A DNA stretch of 61,931 nucleotides, filler included, from Hausera hauseri (lineage: Eukaryota), in the NCBI GenBank assembly GCA_046269625.1. It is 10 parts of 10 records of this genome, joined end to end, with 100 filler letters (N's around TTAATTAATTAA, not from the genome) between each part and the next. Parts side by side here need not be neighbours in the genome. Positions count along the whole stretch, not along the records: positions 57,498 to 61,931 come from JBJURY010583556.1; 9 more parts are not named here. The stretch is one strand, 5' to 3'. The notes under the pieces are model-generated. The model worked only from the letters and a program-made list of their open reading frames with translations. It made no database searches and had not been told where the DNA came from. Both the position numbers and the translations under genes were made by a program. Each line of letters starts with the position of its first letter. Position 1 is the stretch's first letter. This document shows positions 59,647 through 61,931 of this stretch, piece after piece.

Positions 59647-61931
59647 GTCAGATGTTCGTACATGGAATCATTTGGATAATATTACTTATCATCATTAAAA
59701 TTATACCATTTTGTGGCAACATTCCCGGTGCTGTAATGGAAATTGAGTTTTATTGTTTATGAATACTCCATAAATATTGTCTTTCGAAATCTCCAGCTAG
59801 TTTAGCCACTTTTTATAAAATCTTGTTTATTTTTCGGATGAGTTCTAAAGATACCTACATTTTTCTTTTTTCACTGAACAGTTTTTACGTTTCATTTGTG
59901 TACTTTTAAGAGGGGCATGAGACCGTTACATCTAGCATGTCACAATGGCAATCAAGAAGCTGTTAATTGGCTGGCAAGGTTTGTTGGGTGTGCAGTTGAT
60001 GCGAAAAGCATAGTTAGTGATATCGATTGAATCGGTAGTTATTAAGTTTAGGACGGTCGAATACCAGCGGACTTTGCGAAAGGAAAAGATTTTACAGCTT
60101 GTATCAGAATTCTGGAACAGGAACAGGTAACAGATGACTAATTTTTTGTTCAGGATCATTATTAATCTTAATTGTACGTGTTTAAATTATTAGTAACAAT
60201 TTTAAAAAAGTTTCTTTTCCTTGGATTAAGAATAAAGTGCATCCGAGTTTCTTGATTGTTCTAGGTATCGCGACGAAACACTGTATAATAATACATAACA
60301 TTTTTATAGCGTGGGGAAATCCCAGGAGTGTAAACTTCATAGTATTTTTATAGCATTTTCCTCATCGTATATTACAGAATGACGGTTTAGTACAACATTT
60401 GATATACGGTCACAAAACGTAACAGTCTGGAACATTTATATTAACAACATTACAGATAGATATTAAAAACTTGTGGAATTTCATTAATTTTAATAAAACA
60501 AACTAGGCCAATTTAATTTTGTTTTACTCATTTCATCTGCTTATCCGTTATCTTTACCGCTGATGCAGCAATTTTTGTTCGATTTAATGTATCAGCCTTA
60601 ATTCGTCACGTTTTGCCACCTTCTTTTTCGAACAACCAACAACTTCATTCAATGCTGATTTGAACTGTTGTNNNNNNNNNNTCATTCAATTCCCCTCAGT
60701 TGAAGATTTCAACAGCATCAGAAGCAACGATAGCAAACGAGGCAGCAATGGACTTTGAAAAATGACGGAACTACATTTGAATTAAATGAGTGTCTAATTT
60801 TTAATAAAATTTAATAAATATTAGACAATGTTAGACTATATATTGCCTGACTTCCTTAAATATTATACAGCATTAGACTGCACACTGCTCTATTTACTCT
60901 CCGTAATTTGTTAATTAAGCTTTATATATTGAATTTATAGTACAATGAAAAAGTTGTAGAAAGTTTTTTCAAAACGAGGTTTTTCAAGGTCATTCAATAT
61001 TATTTTTGATCTTGTCCCGCACGCTAGGGCGGTAATTTGACCGTCTGTTTAAATTTTCGTGCATATTTCTCCCTAAAGCGTCCAGAGAGGGGCGAAACGG
61101 GCATGTACTTTCTAGTTATATTCCCTTCCACTAGATCGTGTCAAAGTTCAGTCGAGTCAGTCACTTCTGTCGACTCAGCACAGCTCCAAACTCGTGCGAG
61201 ATAGTGTCGAATCATTCTGCCGCTCGTAACGAACGAATACGATATTTTTTTTCCGTGTTCGACTTGAAAAATGTAAGTAAATATTTCCTTATTTTTCGCT
61301 AGTATTTCGCAGTTGTATGAATTTCACTGTTCTCTAGATTGTGTGTAAGACATTTTCTCTGCATTTCTTACCGCGTTCTATTATATTTGTATTAAAAGTT
61401 ACTCTTGAGTTGTTGTCTCGTTCAGGGATCGAGTGTACAGGACTGATGGAGTGCTTTGTCTCTATGCCAATGTAAACTATTCTAGTTTTGTTTTAGCCAG
61501 CTTTTCTTCGATTTCTTTTTCTATAATAGGCTACTCATTTTAGAGTTAGTTAAGAGATCTGATTTTTTTTATATTATGACTTTGACAGACGCTTAAGTAG
61601 ATGTTTTTCAGCCTGATGTGTGTCTACAGTATTTTTAACGTTACTGCCTGACCGGACGTGATGCGTAGGGATCAGGATCAGGTGGATTTGTACCGTTGAT
61701 GCCTGACTGAGTTTAATTAACACGATTGGCTTAAAAAATGTCATTAGATTAGAGAAACTGGCTGAGTAAATATTGAAGGTGACGACAAGGGTGAGAGACA
61801 TTCGTCCTACATACAGACTATTTTATTATTCGATTTTCACTTATTCCTAATTAATTCTGATAATCGGCGCAGTAGTGTTTTTCCTGCTGTTACTAGAATT
61901 GAATGATTAACCAATTAGTTCAGTTTCCTAG

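Noticed and set aside
1-61931. Giant-virus (NCLDV) genome, suggested by PolB, MutS, kinase, RING and Bcl-2
   Set aside because: The PolBs are protein-primed Polinton type, MutS is eukaryotic MSH2, genes are broken and interleaved with SINEs, LTR elements and microsatellites; no NCLDV capsid, RNA polymerase or packaging ATPase seen.
59650-61931. Coding potential in the last 2.3 kb
   Set aside because: Only short ORFs without recognisable motifs; nothing I can support.

Overview
This window is not one locus. It is ten contigs joined by nine artificial N44-TTAATTAATTAA-N44 spacers (contigs: 1-4528, 4629-9600, 9701-13743, 13844-29835, 29936-34844, 34945-39114, 39215-43804, 43905-53158, 53259-57397, 57498-61931). 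The content is AT-rich animal (invertebrate) repeat DNA, nearly all decayed by stops and frameshifts. It holds several Ty3/Gypsy LTR retrotransposons, two Polinton/Maverick protein-primed PolB regions plus three copies of a Polinton terminus, a full-length mariner-type element with TIRs, a hAT remnant, SINEs and a foldback MITE. There are also two runs of intronless, pseudogenised host-gene fragments (SoxD; PTPN9-PHF3/DIDO1-MSH2; TRIM37-DYRK1). The most striking signal is a set of Gypsy elements with unusual cargo in their polyproteins. (i) A chuvirus/gB-like class III fusion glycoprotein lies UPSTREAM of protease-RT in two independent elements, and in one it is preceded in frame by a Bcl-2-like domain. 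(ii) A gag ORF runs into a near-complete PARG catalytic domain. (iii) An integrase ends in a DEK-C-like domain. All family assignments are by eye from remembered motifs; no database search was run.
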